DNA of 64,000 bases from a virus, in the IMG/VR virus record IMGVR_UViG_3300037423_001547; one strand, 5' to 3'. Numbering within the stretch: the stretch's first letter is position 1; each line of letters begins with the position of its first letter. The translations under genes were made by a program, and so were the position numbers. The notes under the pieces were generated by a model. That model saw only the letters and a list, made by a program, of their open reading frames with translations, did no database searches and was not told the DNA's origin. Shown in pieces: positions 33,657-41,750 of this stretch.

Positions 33657-33695
33657 CGTGATGGGGAAGCGTTTGTCGGCTCGGGCCCCATCACG
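33657..33695 (-). promoter_or_regulatory. 10-bp perfect hairpin in the capsid 5' leader
   Basis: CGTGATGGGG-N19-CCCCATCACG, ending 20 nt upstream of the capsid start and directly 5' of its RBS. Confidence 0.45.
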
Positions 33696-33773
33696 GGCGC
33701 CTACAAGCAAAGGGCGGTGGTTGGCTCCGATCACCGGAGTTATTTCACCTGATGATGAATATACCTCTGTACG

Positions 33774-34496
33774 TCAAGCCTTACCCAAGATCCGGGCCGC
33801 GTGCTGTTCCGCCGTCGACTTCGGCTTGTCCGGGGCCGCCGGGCGAGGCGCACCCGTCGGCCGCGCCTTCGGCTTCGGCCGTTCCTGCGGCAGCAGCTCC
33901 GGGTAGTCCGACTTCACCCGGTCCACCTCCGCCTCGACACCGAGGAGGTCGCCGTCGTCGTCGACGCTGATGGCATCCCAGTCGATCAGCTTCATCAGCC
34001 GGTCCGGGCTCGTGAACCCCGCTTCGGCCAGCGCCGCGCGGACACCGGACTTCTTCATCGGCTCCCGGAACCGGCGCTCCCCCTCCTCACGGGCCTCGCG
34101 TAGCGCCTTCTCGTGCTCGGTCTCGTCGCCGCGGGCCTTCTCCTCCAACTCCTTGTTGCGGAGCCGGTGCCGCTTCGCGTCGTCGTTGGCCTTCTTCAAA
34201 GCGGCCTGCGTCCGCGCCCACTCGTCCTTCGACGGCGGCTTGAAGTCGTCCCCGGTGTCGTCGGTCTTCTTGGCCGGAGGCTTCGGCTTCGGCGTCTCGT
34301 CGGGCTCCGGCTCGTAGTCCGGGCCAGGCTCGGTCTCCGGCTCCTCCTCGTCGGAGACCTCGACGTCCGGCTCGTCGTCGGTTTCGGCGCCGCCGGCGAT
34401 GACGTGGATCGGGCGGCCGTCTGCGCGGTAGCCGAGGATCGTGCCCGGGGGCAGGCTGATGCCTTCAGCCTGCTCAGTGTTGGGGTGGATGCCCAT
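33774..34496 (-). CDS. scaffolding protein, 240 aa
   Basis: Acidic and charged helical sequence (EEPETEPGPDYEPEPDE, KRHRLRNKELEEKARGDETEHEKALREAREEGERR), immediately upstream of the capsid gene. Confidence 0.8.
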   Translation of the reverse strand: MGIHPNTEQAEGISLPPGTILGYRADGRPIHVIAGGAETDDEPDVEVSDEEEPETEPGPDYEPEPDETPKPKPPAKKTDDTGDDFKPPSKDEWARTQAALKKANDDAKRHRLRNKELEEKARGDETEHEKALREAREEGERRFREPMKKSGVRAALAEAGFTSPDRLMKLIDWDAISVDDDGDLLGVEAEVDRVKSDYPELLPQERPKPKARPTGAPRPAAPDKPKSTAEQHAARILGKA

Positions 34497-34546
34497 GGTG
34501 TTCTCCCATCACGGGGTTGGCGACGCCCATCGTCGGGCGCCGGGGT

Positions 34547-35563
34547 TCATGCGGCGGCCGGGAAGCGGCCGGTCCTGATCGCGGTGCGGGCGCGGGCCTC
34601 GACCGCGGGCAGCAGATCGTCGACGGTGCGCAACAACTCGCGGGCGGCGCGCAGCCGTACCGCACGGGACTCGGACGGGCGGGCGGTGCCGTAAGCGAGG
34701 GAACGGTGTGCCTCCCGCTGCAGTGCCAGCGGGAACGGCACGCCCTCGGTGGTCCACGCGTCGTCCCAGGGGACTGCTCTGCACCTGCAGTGCGCGTGCA
34801 AGGGCGGCCCGTCCACGCCCGGACGGTGCGCACCACGCTGCCGGGGATCCCAGGACAAGCCGCCCGGGAACGGCTCGTCCTTCTTGACGACGCGGCCGGT
34901 GTACGCGCTGCAACGAACGCAGGCATCCGCTTCCGATACCCACACCCTGAGCGGAGCCGCCGCCCGCACCACCGCGTCCAGGCCCTCGTGCACGGCGGTG
35001 TTGATGACCCACGCGATATGCGCACGCACCGCAGGCAGCGCGGCGCGGGCTGCGCCGAGCCCGGCCAGCATGTGCGACCAGCGCGACACCCGGTCCGGAT
35101 GCAGCAAGAACAGTGCACGGTCGCGGCGCTCGGTCACCATCTCCCGGATCCGGCGCGCCTCGTCCCGCAGCGAACGGCTGACGGACGGGACACGCGGTTC
35201 CCGGCGCCGTCGGCCCGACGCGGCTCGAACGAACTCGGTGCCCTGCCGCACCCCCATCGCGAGCGCCGGGCCGAGCCCGTCGGCGAGTGCGGCGGGGGCC
35301 CGGTCGGCGATGCCGGCGAGGAGTCGCTGGACGGCTGCCTTCGCGGTGGCAAGGATCCGGCGCAGCGCGTCAGCCGAGGCAGCCGCATGGTGGGGTCCGC
35401 CGAACGCGCGGGTCCACGCATCGAGGATGCGACGGATCAGCTCCTCGAACGCCCGGTCGGCGCCGCGGAGCGCACGGGCGGCGATCCCGTTCTCCAGGTC
35501 AACGACCTCGCCCGTGTGCTCGTCCTGCACCAGGTTCATGAGGCGGTCGCTGGAGTACGGCAT
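34547..35563 (-). CDS. MuF-like minor capsid / head morphogenesis protein, 338 aa
   Basis: C-terminal WVSEADACVRCSAYTG...PPLHAHCRCRAVPW is the Phage_Mu_F / SPP1 gp7 signature. ATGA overlap with the portal stop. Confidence 0.85.
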   Translation of the reverse strand: MPYSSDRLMNLVQDEHTGEVVDLENGIAARALRGADRAFEELIRRILDAWTRAFGGPHHAAASADALRRILATAKAAVQRLLAGIADRAPAALADGLGPALAMGVRQGTEFVRAASGRRRREPRVPSVSRSLRDEARRIREMVTERRDRALFLLHPDRVSRWSHMLAGLGAARAALPAVRAHIAWVINTAVHEGLDAVVRAAAPLRVWVSEADACVRCSAYTGRVVKKDEPFPGGLSWDPRQRGAHRPGVDGPPLHAHCRCRAVPWDDAWTTEGVPFPLALQREAHRSLAYGTARPSESRAVRLRAARELLRTVDDLLPAVEARARTAIRTGRFPAAA

Positions 35564-37152
35564 CAGCCCTCCTCCTGCACCTGCGCGAGGGCTTCGAGGT
35601 CGTCGATCGCCCCAGACAGCAGTGCGGTGACCTGCTCGCCGGTGATGACCCCGAGCGCGGCCGCAGACCCCAGCTTCTGAGCGGAGTCGGCCAGGGAGGC
35701 GAGGACATCGACACGGCGCTGCAACTCGGCATCATCGGTACCCGCGAGCCACGCGTCGACCTGCTCGGCCCGGTAGCCGGCCTCCATGAGGGCCTGCTTA
35801 CGCGGCACACCAGCATCGATCTTCGCCTTGACGGTCTGCCAGCCTTCGACGCTCGACACGGACCGGGCCGGCACCCAGTCGACGGTTACGACCGGGTTCT
35901 CGACGCCGAGGCGGCGCAGCGCGAACACGAACGCCTCATGCAAGGATGCGCCGTAGCTGGTCTGCCGGTTCTCCACCTTCGAGATGAACGGGCCGTCCTC
36001 CTCGCGGTAGGACTCGCCCGAGCGCTGGCTGGAGGACTGGGGGTCGAACATGCGCAGCGGGGTGTCGGTGATCTGTGCCATCGCCCGAACGTTGAAGTTG
36101 ATCGGGTCGAGGAACACGTCAGGTTGGGCGGCGTCGAACTGCCCGACCTGCTTGAAGCCGCGTAGCAGCAGCATCTCGCCCGGCCCGGCTTTCAGGCTGC
36201 TGTCGTCACCGGAGTCGGAGGGGCCGGTGCCGTTCTCGTTGAGGGGCCAATCGTCGTCGTCGAAGTCGCCGGGTTCCAGATCGCTGGTGTCGGTGTTGGC
36301 GGTCTCGGTGAGCGCGTACCGCTGCGGGAAACCCTGGTAGTCGACGGTACCCATGTGGGTGGCCTGGAGCTTGGTGATGGCGTTCTGCGGGCCGTAGGCG
36401 CCGTAATGCTCAGGACATCCGTAAGGGCGATCGTTCCTGAAGTGGAAGACGGGCTGCTCGCCCCAGTCATGGTCGATGACCCACGACTCAGGGTCGTCCG
36501 GGTCTGCGGGCCAATGGTTCCAGTCGGCCGGCTTGTCGCCTCGGGAGTTCTCTCCGGTGGTCCAGCGTTCGGTGCGGTCGTCGTACAGCAGCTCGGCCCG
36601 CTGGTATCTGCCCTCACACCATCGCTTGATCGTGAAGTCTTTGCGGCGCGGGTTGTCCTCGGCGTAGATGACGCGGACGGTCTGCGGGGAGTTGTAGAAC
36701 ATCTCGACCCGCAGCACGTTGCCCTGCTCGTCCTCGACAGGCAGGACCATCAGGTAGGCGTCGCCGTACTCGCCGGCCCGGCGGAACAGGTCGGGGAGTT
36801 CGAGGTTGAGCTGGTTGTCCTTCCAGATTTTGGAGATGAGGGTGTTCGTGGCTGGGTCGGGGCTGGTGATCGAGGCGACCTTGAGCCGGTTGGTGACCGC
36901 GTTGACGGGGGTTTTGGCGAAGTTGAGGTCGAAGTCGATGTGGTGGGCGCGGAGGGCGCGGCGGATCCGGGTCGACGTGAAGACTTCGGGGACTTTGCCG
37001 TCGTAGTAGATCTGGGCCTGGTCGTAGCCGGGGCGGGCTTCCTTCAGCTCTTCGATTCCGAGCATGAGGTCGGCGCGTGACTCGTCCACCAGTGCGACCT
37101 CCCACCCTTGACCTTTGAATCGAAGGATAGACGGTCGATCGAGTCGCGTCAC
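35563..37152 (-). CDS. portal protein, 508-529 aa
   Basis: Size and synteny (terL-portal-MuF). The start is probably GTG 37089 (GGGAGG 8 nt upstream) rather than GTG 37152. Confidence 0.9.
   Translation of the reverse strand: MTRLDRPSILRFKGQGWEVALVDESRADLMLGIEELKEARPGYDQAQIYYDGKVPEVFTSTRIRRALRAHHIDFDLNFAKTPVNAVTNRLKVASITSPDPATNTLISKIWKDNQLNLELPDLFRRAGEYGDAYLMVLPVEDEQGNVLRVEMFYNSPQTVRVIYAEDNPRRKDFTIKRWCEGRYQRAELLYDDRTERWTTGENSRGDKPADWNHWPADPDDPESWVIDHDWGEQPVFHFRNDRPYGCPEHYGAYGPQNAITKLQATHMGTVDYQGFPQRYALTETANTDTSDLEPGDFDDDDWPLNENGTGPSDSGDDSSLKAGPGEMLLLRGFKQVGQFDAAQPDVFLDPINFNVRAMAQITDTPLRMFDPQSSSQRSGESYREEDGPFISKVENRQTSYGASLHEAFVFALRRLGVENPVVTVDWVPARSVSSVEGWQTVKAKIDAGVPRKQALMEAGYRAEQVDAWLAGTDDAELQRRVDVLASLADSAQKLGSAAALGVITGEQVTALLSGAIDDLEALAQVQEEG
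37112..37126 (-). promoter_or_regulatory. late-gene motif copy (minus strand CCTTCGATTCAAAGG)
   Basis: Lies 22 nt upstream of the RBS-preceded GTG 37089. Confidence 0.5.
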
Positions 37153-37191
37153 ACCTCACCACAGGTAGCCCCTACCTTCGAAAGCGAGGCG

Positions 37192-38799
37192 CTACGCATA
37201 CGTGGCGGCCCGAGCCGACGGCGCCGCCTTCTTCACCGGCGGCATGAATCGCCGGACGGCCGACCCCACCGCATCGACCATGTCGTCGTTCGGGCCCTTG
37301 GGGAACGTGCACATCTGCTGCTCCAACTCCGGCAGCCTGCGCGCGTGAAACACCCGGCCACGCTGATACAGCCCGAGCAACCCCTCAGCCCGCGTGAACT
37401 TCGGCTCGCTCTGGTGAACCGTCTTCACCCTCACCGGCAAGCTGTGGAGGATCGCCTGCCACGCGTCGCCGCCCTGGTTGACCTCGATCAGGACCAGTCC
37501 GATCCGCGGGAACTCATCCAGCAACGCCAGCACCCGCTCCCTCAGCTCCGGGCCCGGGCGGACCTTAAGCGCCATCGCCGCGTGCACGGTGCACCGCTTA
37601 TGCTGCGCCGACCACGACACCACGGCCAGCCCGGTGAAGTCGGACGCCCTCTTGGCGGTGGTGGCCGGGTCGATGCTGAGCATCATGTGGGTAATCGGGT
37701 CGGCGCCGGTGACCGGGTCGACGCGGTCTTCGATGTTCAGGGCGCCGTTGAGGCGTTCCAGTGCGGTCGGCGGTGTCGGGTAGCGGAAGTCGTCCGGTGT
37801 CCACAGTGCGCCGTCCGCGGCCAGCGGATCGTTCGCCATGTTCTTCGCATAAGACCTGGTGTGCCGTATCTCGGTCAGGTACCCGATGGGCCACTTCGCC
37901 GGCCACATGGACCGCTCCGTGCCGTCGGGGCGTTCCACGATCGGCAGGCTGTGGTGCGCGCGGATCCCCTCGTCCTGGATCCACTGGGCGACGTTGACAC
38001 CCTTCGCGGCCCGGACCAGCTGGTGGATGATGCTGCCCGGCATGGTGACGGTCCCGCAGATCGCGACGCGGGCGTAGATGTTCAGCGGCAGGATTGCGTC
38101 CAGCAGGGTGGTGAGTCGCTTCGAGGCGAGGGCGGCGGAGTAGCTGCTCTCGTCGGGCTCCACATCGTCGCAGAGAAGCAGGTCAGGTCGCTTCTCCTCC
38201 ACCTTCATACCGAGGGCACTCGAATCGATGCCGTGAGCTGCGAAGATGAACCCGCTCTTGGCGATGTACATGCTGTGCGTGTCCGCGATGTTCTGCCCGG
38301 ACGGCCGTTTCGCCGCGGTGCATAGGTCTGGGAAGTCACGGCGCAGCAAGGCGTTACCGTCCAGCTCCCGCTTGAACGTGCTGAGATGCCGTTCCGCCTG
38401 GGTGGCGGCCGATGCGAATGCTGCTGCGAACTTCACGTGCCCGTGCGCGGCAGCCCACATCGGCAGGATCAGGAACCACCACGTCGTCTTGCCGGTGTTG
38501 CGGGGCGCGATCCAGGCGTCGCGCTCCTCGGCCGGCCCGGTGGGCGGTCGTACCCAGCGGCGGCCGGCCCTGCACCAGTCGAGGTGGGCGTCACCGAAGG
38601 TGATCCGACCTTCCTCGTCTTTGAGATGGTGCCTGAGGTAAACGAGGGCGAACAGCAGGGGATCGAGCCGGGTGAGGGTGCGCCGGCCTTCGGGGTCGGC
38701 GAGGAGCCGCGCGTCGAACTGGGCGAGGTAGGCGTCCAGGTTGAAGGTCTCTGCGTCGAGGCCTTCGAGGTAGCCGACCGTGCGGGTTGCGGTCGTCAC
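37192..38799 (-). CDS. terL: terminase large subunit, 535 aa
   Basis: Walker A-like APRNTGKTTW, ATPase and nuclease halves, synteny. GTG 38799 lies 4 nt after the upstream stop. ORF-track start 38901 overlaps the previous gene. Confidence 0.9.
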   Translation of the reverse strand: MTTATRTVGYLEGLDAETFNLDAYLAQFDARLLADPEGRRTLTRLDPLLFALVYLRHHLKDEEGRITFGDAHLDWCRAGRRWVRPPTGPAEERDAWIAPRNTGKTTWWFLILPMWAAAHGHVKFAAAFASAATQAERHLSTFKRELDGNALLRRDFPDLCTAAKRPSGQNIADTHSMYIAKSGFIFAAHGIDSSALGMKVEEKRPDLLLCDDVEPDESSYSAALASKRLTTLLDAILPLNIYARVAICGTVTMPGSIIHQLVRAAKGVNVAQWIQDEGIRAHHSLPIVERPDGTERSMWPAKWPIGYLTEIRHTRSYAKNMANDPLAADGALWTPDDFRYPTPPTALERLNGALNIEDRVDPVTGADPITHMMLSIDPATTAKRASDFTGLAVVSWSAQHKRCTVHAAMALKVRPGPELRERVLALLDEFPRIGLVLIEVNQGGDAWQAILHSLPVRVKTVHQSEPKFTRAEGLLGLYQRGRVFHARRLPELEQQMCTFPKGPNDDMVDAVGSAVRRFMPPVKKAAPSARAATYA

Positions 38800-38803
38800 C
38801 GGG

Positions 38804-39043
38804 TCAGCCCTCGTCGTCGCGGCTGCTGACGTAGCCGCCGTTCTCGATCTCCAAGGCGGCCGTGAGCATGCCGAGCGTGGTGATCCAGTCGAGGGATTCA
38901 CTGGCCGCCTTGACGAGGCTGACGACCCCGTCAGCCTTTACGATCTTCAGGATGACGTGGGCGTCGGTCGGCATGTCACCCTCGTCCAGGTCGACGGTGA
39001 CGCCGAGCGCGTCGAGGAGCTGCCCGATCTTCTGGTCAGGCAT
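38804..39043 (-). CDS. hypothetical protein between terS and terL, 79 aa
   Basis: Complete ORF overlapping the terS end by 8 nt. Confidence 0.55.
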   Translation of the reverse strand: MPDQKIGQLLDALGVTVDLDEGDMPTDAHVILKIVKADGVVSLVKAASESLDWITTLGMLTAALEIENGGYVSSRDDEG

Positions 39044-39584
39044 TGGCGCCTCCGTCGAGGATCTGCTGCTCTTCCAACTGGGTGCGGGCCTTGGCCTCGC
39101 GGAGCATCTCCTGCAGCTCCACGTCCTGCTGCGTGACCTGGTGGACGGTGGCGTCGACCTTGACGGGCTGATTGAGGCCCATCATGATCCGGAAGCTGTC
39201 GAGGGTCTGCCGGGCTTCGCGGAGCGCGGCAAGCACTGGCGCGTGGTCGCGGAGGGGCTTGCCGTCCTCGTCGCAGATGACCTTGCCGTGGGAGACCATC
39301 ACATGGTCCGCTTCGGCGATCTCGATGGCCTTGGCGTAGGCGTACTCCAGGCGGCTGGCGTGGACTCGGATGGCCTCTTGGCCGGCGTCTTGGACGACGG
39401 CTTGGACGGCGCGTTGGACGCTGCGCATGGCGGTCCATTTACTGACGCCGAGCTGTTCGCCGATCTCCCTGTAGTTGAGGCCCTGGCTGAAGAGGCGCGC
39501 TGCTTGGGCGTCTTGTTCTGCGGTCTCGATGGTGCGGGTGTACTTGCCTTTGCCGTTGCGGGCGTCCTGGTTGGGGTTGGCCAT
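39036..39584 (-). CDS. terS: terminase small subunit with N-terminal HTH, 182 aa
   Basis: LFSQGLNYREIGEQLGVSKWTAMRSV HTH, then a coiled-coil oligomerisation-type region. Directly upstream of terL. GAGGAGG RBS. Confidence 0.8.
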   Translation of the reverse strand: MANPNQDARNGKGKYTRTIETAEQDAQAARLFSQGLNYREIGEQLGVSKWTAMRSVQRAVQAVVQDAGQEAIRVHASRLEYAYAKAIEIAEADHVMVSHGKVICDEDGKPLRDHAPVLAALREARQTLDSFRIMMGLNQPVKVDATVHQVTQQDVELQEMLREAKARTQLEEQQILDGGANA

Positions 39585-39608
39585 GGTGGGTGCCTCCTCA
39601 AGCCTGTA

Positions 39609-39623
39609 CCTTTGAATCGTAGG
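39609..39623 (-). promoter_or_regulatory. late-gene motif copy (minus strand CCTACGATTCAAAGG)
   Basis: Lies 24 nt upstream of the terS ATG 39584. Confidence 0.5.
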
Positions 39624-39667
39624 TCAGAGTGCCATCTCATCTTCGATTCCAGCGTGAGGCGGGTTTG

Positions 39668-39874
39668 ATGGCCAGCAAGCGGAGCAGCAAGAAGAAGACG
39701 CCGAAGCTCGGCACCGGCAAGCGGTTCGCCGCGGTCGAAGCCAGCGCCGCGAAGTCCGGCGCCCGCAACCCGGCGGCCGTCGCCGCGGCGATGGGGCGGA
39801 AGAAGTTCGGGGCGAAGAAGATGGCCGCACTCGCGGCGGCCGGCCGACGGCGCGCCGCGCGCAAGGGGCGCTGA
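39668..39874 (+). CDS. highly basic Lys/Arg/Ala-rich small protein, 68 aa
   Basis: MASKRSSKKKTPKLGTGKRFAA...GRKKFGAKKMAALAAAGRRRAARKGR. Divergent from terS. Confidence 0.55.
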   Translation: MASKRSSKKKTPKLGTGKRFAAVEASAAKSGARNPAAVAAAMGRKKFGAKKMAALAAAGRRRAARKGR

Positions 39875-39877
39875 GCC

Positions 39878-40075
39878 TTGGTCTCTTCGAAGGGCGGTCG
39901 CGCCGGCTTCGTGTACCGCGCGCGCTTCGCCGTGTACCGCGCTCTGCGGCGGCAGGGTGCGTCGAAGTCGAAGGCGGCGAGGATCTCGAACGCGGGTCGG
40001 ACCCACGCTCAGCGTTCGGCCATGAGTCGCAAGGCGGCCCGCACGCGGCAGGCACGCGGGCGCAAGCGTCACTGA
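39878..40075 (+). CDS. highly basic small protein, 65 aa
   Basis: TTG start 3 nt after the previous stop. Arg/Lys-rich throughout. Confidence 0.4.
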   Translation: MVSSKGGRAGFVYRARFAVYRALRRQGASKSKAARISNAGRTHAQRSAMSRKAARTRQARGRKRH

Positions 40076-40093
40076 GGGCAGTGGCGGGTGGCA

Positions 40094-40129
40094 GAGGCCC
40101 CGGAGGCTGTGGCGGCGCTCCGGGGCCTC
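40094..40129. terminator. bidirectional terminator hairpin with 12-bp perfect stem
   Basis: GAGGCCCCGGAG-N12-CTCCGGGGCCTC between convergent genes 39878..40075 and 40137..40763. Confidence 0.7.
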
Positions 40130-40136
40130 GCCATGT

Positions 40137-40763
40137 TCAGGGGCAGTGCTCGCCGTACTTGACCGCGTTCAGCGTGACCGGCTGCCCGTTCAGCTTCGTC
40201 CCGGCGGCCGGTTCCTGGGAGCAGACCTGCCAGTTGGACTCGATGAGGACCAGCCGCCCGGCCTTGGTCGCGTCGTTGACGGTGATCGACGTGCTGGAGT
40301 CAAGGGCGCCCCGTGCGGCCTTGACGCTCTTGCCGTGGAAGTCGGGCATCGTCCCGCCAGCAGCCGATGGCGGAGCCTGGTCGTGGGCCGGGCAGGTCTC
40401 GTCGAGCTTGACCGCGCCGAAGTCCAGCTCGGTGTTCGTCGCGGCCTGGCTGCCGGCCTTGATGTTCTGGGAGCAGACCTTCCAGTCGCGGTCGAGGATT
40501 TGCATGCGGGCGCGGCCGGATGAGTCGTGGCTCTTGAGGCTGTAGAAGCCGACCTCTTGGGCCTTGTCTTGGGCGGATTGGAGACCCATGCCGACGAAGT
40601 TGGGCACGGTCTCCTTGGTGCCGGTCTTGCTGTCGCTGCTGGTGGTTGCCGTCGCGGTGGCGGTGCTGCCGCTGCTGCCCGTCGTCGTGGCGGGATCGCA
40701 GGCGGTGGCCGCGCCGAGGATGGCGATGACGGCGGTGGTGCAGGCGAGTGTTCTGCGGTGCAT
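40137..40763 (-). CDS. secreted lipoprotein with two PASTA-like repeats, 208 aa
   Basis: Signal peptide plus lipobox AILGAATA-C. Two roughly 70-aa repeats: VPNFVGMGLQSAQ...WKVCSQNIKAGS...CP and MPDFHGKSVKAAR...WQVCSQEPAAGT...CP. AGGGGGG RBS. Confidence 0.8.
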   Translation of the reverse strand: MHRRTLACTTAVIAILGAATACDPATTTGSSGSTATATATTSSDSKTGTKETVPNFVGMGLQSAQDKAQEVGFYSLKSHDSSGRARMQILDRDWKVCSQNIKAGSQAATNTELDFGAVKLDETCPAHDQAPPSAAGGTMPDFHGKSVKAARGALDSSTSITVNDATKAGRLVLIESNWQVCSQEPAAGTKLNGQPVTLNAVKYGEHCP

Positions 40764-40782
40764 GGTGGTCCCCCCTGGGTGT

Positions 40783-40818
40783 GCGGGTGTCGGGGGTGAG
40801 GGTACGGCGGGTGTCGGG
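40783..40818 (-). promoter_or_regulatory. direct 12-bp repeat GCGGGTGTCGGG x2 upstream of the lipoprotein gene
   Basis: Copies at 40783-40794 and 40807-40818, 24 bp apart, 20-55 nt upstream of ATG 40763. Confidence 0.4.
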
Positions 40819-40867
40819 TGTGTGGGGGTTATGTGATGGTGCTGTGACCGGATCGGGTGGTGCGCGA

Positions 40868-41098
40868 TCAGGAGTAGTTCCGCGGCGGGAGTGGCTCGGC
40901 CTGCGACTCGTCGATGATCCAAACGCAGCTGATGTAGTTCGGGTTGATCAGCACGTCCTGATCCCGGTCCGCCACATGCACCGCAATCGGTTTCCCGGAG
41001 TCGTGGTGTTGAGTGACAGTGCCTTCGATCGTGACACCGCTCGACAGGACAAACTCGTAGCGGCCGCCCTTCTTCACCTTGCGGTCCATCAAATCCAT
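40868..41098 (-). CDS. hypothetical protein, 76 aa
   Basis: ATG 41098 follows AGGAG. The ORF-track 128-aa version is unlikely. Confidence 0.5.
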   Translation of the reverse strand: MDLMDRKVKKGGRYEFVLSSGVTIEGTVTQHHDSGKPIAVHVADRDQDVLINPNYISCVWIIDESQAEPLPPRNYS

Positions 41099-41215
41099 GA
41101 GGGTGCTCCTGTCACAGGATGTTGGGCTGGACGTCGCCACTGGGCATGGCTGCTCCTTGTGCGGGTTAGTGTTGCGGTGGAGGAGAGCGACAGGCTTTGG
41201 GCCTGTGCTGCGTGG

Positions 41216-41246
41216 AGCCCCCGCCGGGTTGTTGGAGGCGGGGGCT
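41216..41246 (-). terminator. hairpin with 10-bp stem AGCCCCCGCC/GGCGGGGGCT
   Basis: Lies 16 nt downstream of the stop of 41262..41501. Confidence 0.6.
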
Positions 41247-41261
41247 TCGGCCATGCAGGGG

Positions 41262-41501
41262 TCAGGCGCCCTGGCGGGTCTGCTTGGCGTGCCGCCGGGA
41301 CTCGGTGAGGGGGCACAGGTAGACGCAGGTGCTCTCCCGGCATAGGGGGCAGATATCCGTGTGGAGCGCCGTGTCGATGTTCTGAGCGACCGTGAGGAGC
41401 CGGGCCCGGTCCTCGGGGCCCTCCAGGTGCTCGGCTGCCAGGCGCAGCGCGGCGGCGACCATCGCGTCGACGGGTACGCGGGTTCCGGTCATGTCTCGCA
41501 T
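41262..41501 (-). CDS. hypothetical protein, 79 aa
   Basis: Complete ORF with a CPLCRESTCVYLC cysteine cluster. Confidence 0.5.
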   Translation of the reverse strand: MRDMTGTRVPVDAMVAAALRLAAEHLEGPEDRARLLTVAQNIDTALHTDICPLCRESTCVYLCPLTESRRHAKQTRQGA

Positions 41502-41731
41502 GGGTGGCTCCCGAGGTGGTTGGGCTGGATGTCGAAGGTAAGCGTGACGGGGGTTGCTCCGTCGGAGAGTCCGGCTTCGTCGAGTACGGCGGACCGGATC
41601 CGCAGGTACAGGTCGTAGCGGGTCTCGTCTGGCTCCCAGTTGCAGGTGCCGGAGCGGGAGCCGATGCCGTCGAGGGTGATCAGCCAGTGGTGGGTGCCCT
41701 GTTCGTGGAGGGGGTCGATTCTGTTGGGCAT
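41489..41731 (-). CDS. hypothetical protein, 80 aa
   Basis: ATG 41731 follows AAAGGAGGGG. Confidence 0.5.
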   Translation of the reverse strand: MPNRIDPLHEQGTHHWLITLDGIGSRSGTCNWEPDETRYDLYLRIRSAVLDEAGLSDGATPVTLTFDIQPNHLGSHPCET

Positions 41732-41750
41732 CAGCCCCTCCTTTGATCGT

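Noticed and set aside
37049-37064. The 11-mer TCTTCGATTCC is shared between the portal coding region (37049-) and the terS-divergent region (39640-).
   Set aside because: 11-mer coincidences are expected many times in 64 kb on two strands. One copy is inside a gene and there is no consistent context.
38800-38901. A longer terminase start (ATG 38901), and similar N-extensions for Dit (24625), the endolysin (12734), the helicase (58716) and the lipoproteins (40922, 45937).
   Set aside because: The extensions overlap upstream genes or regulatory DNA, are compositionally non-protein-like, and internal starts with an RBS or stop-start coupling exist.
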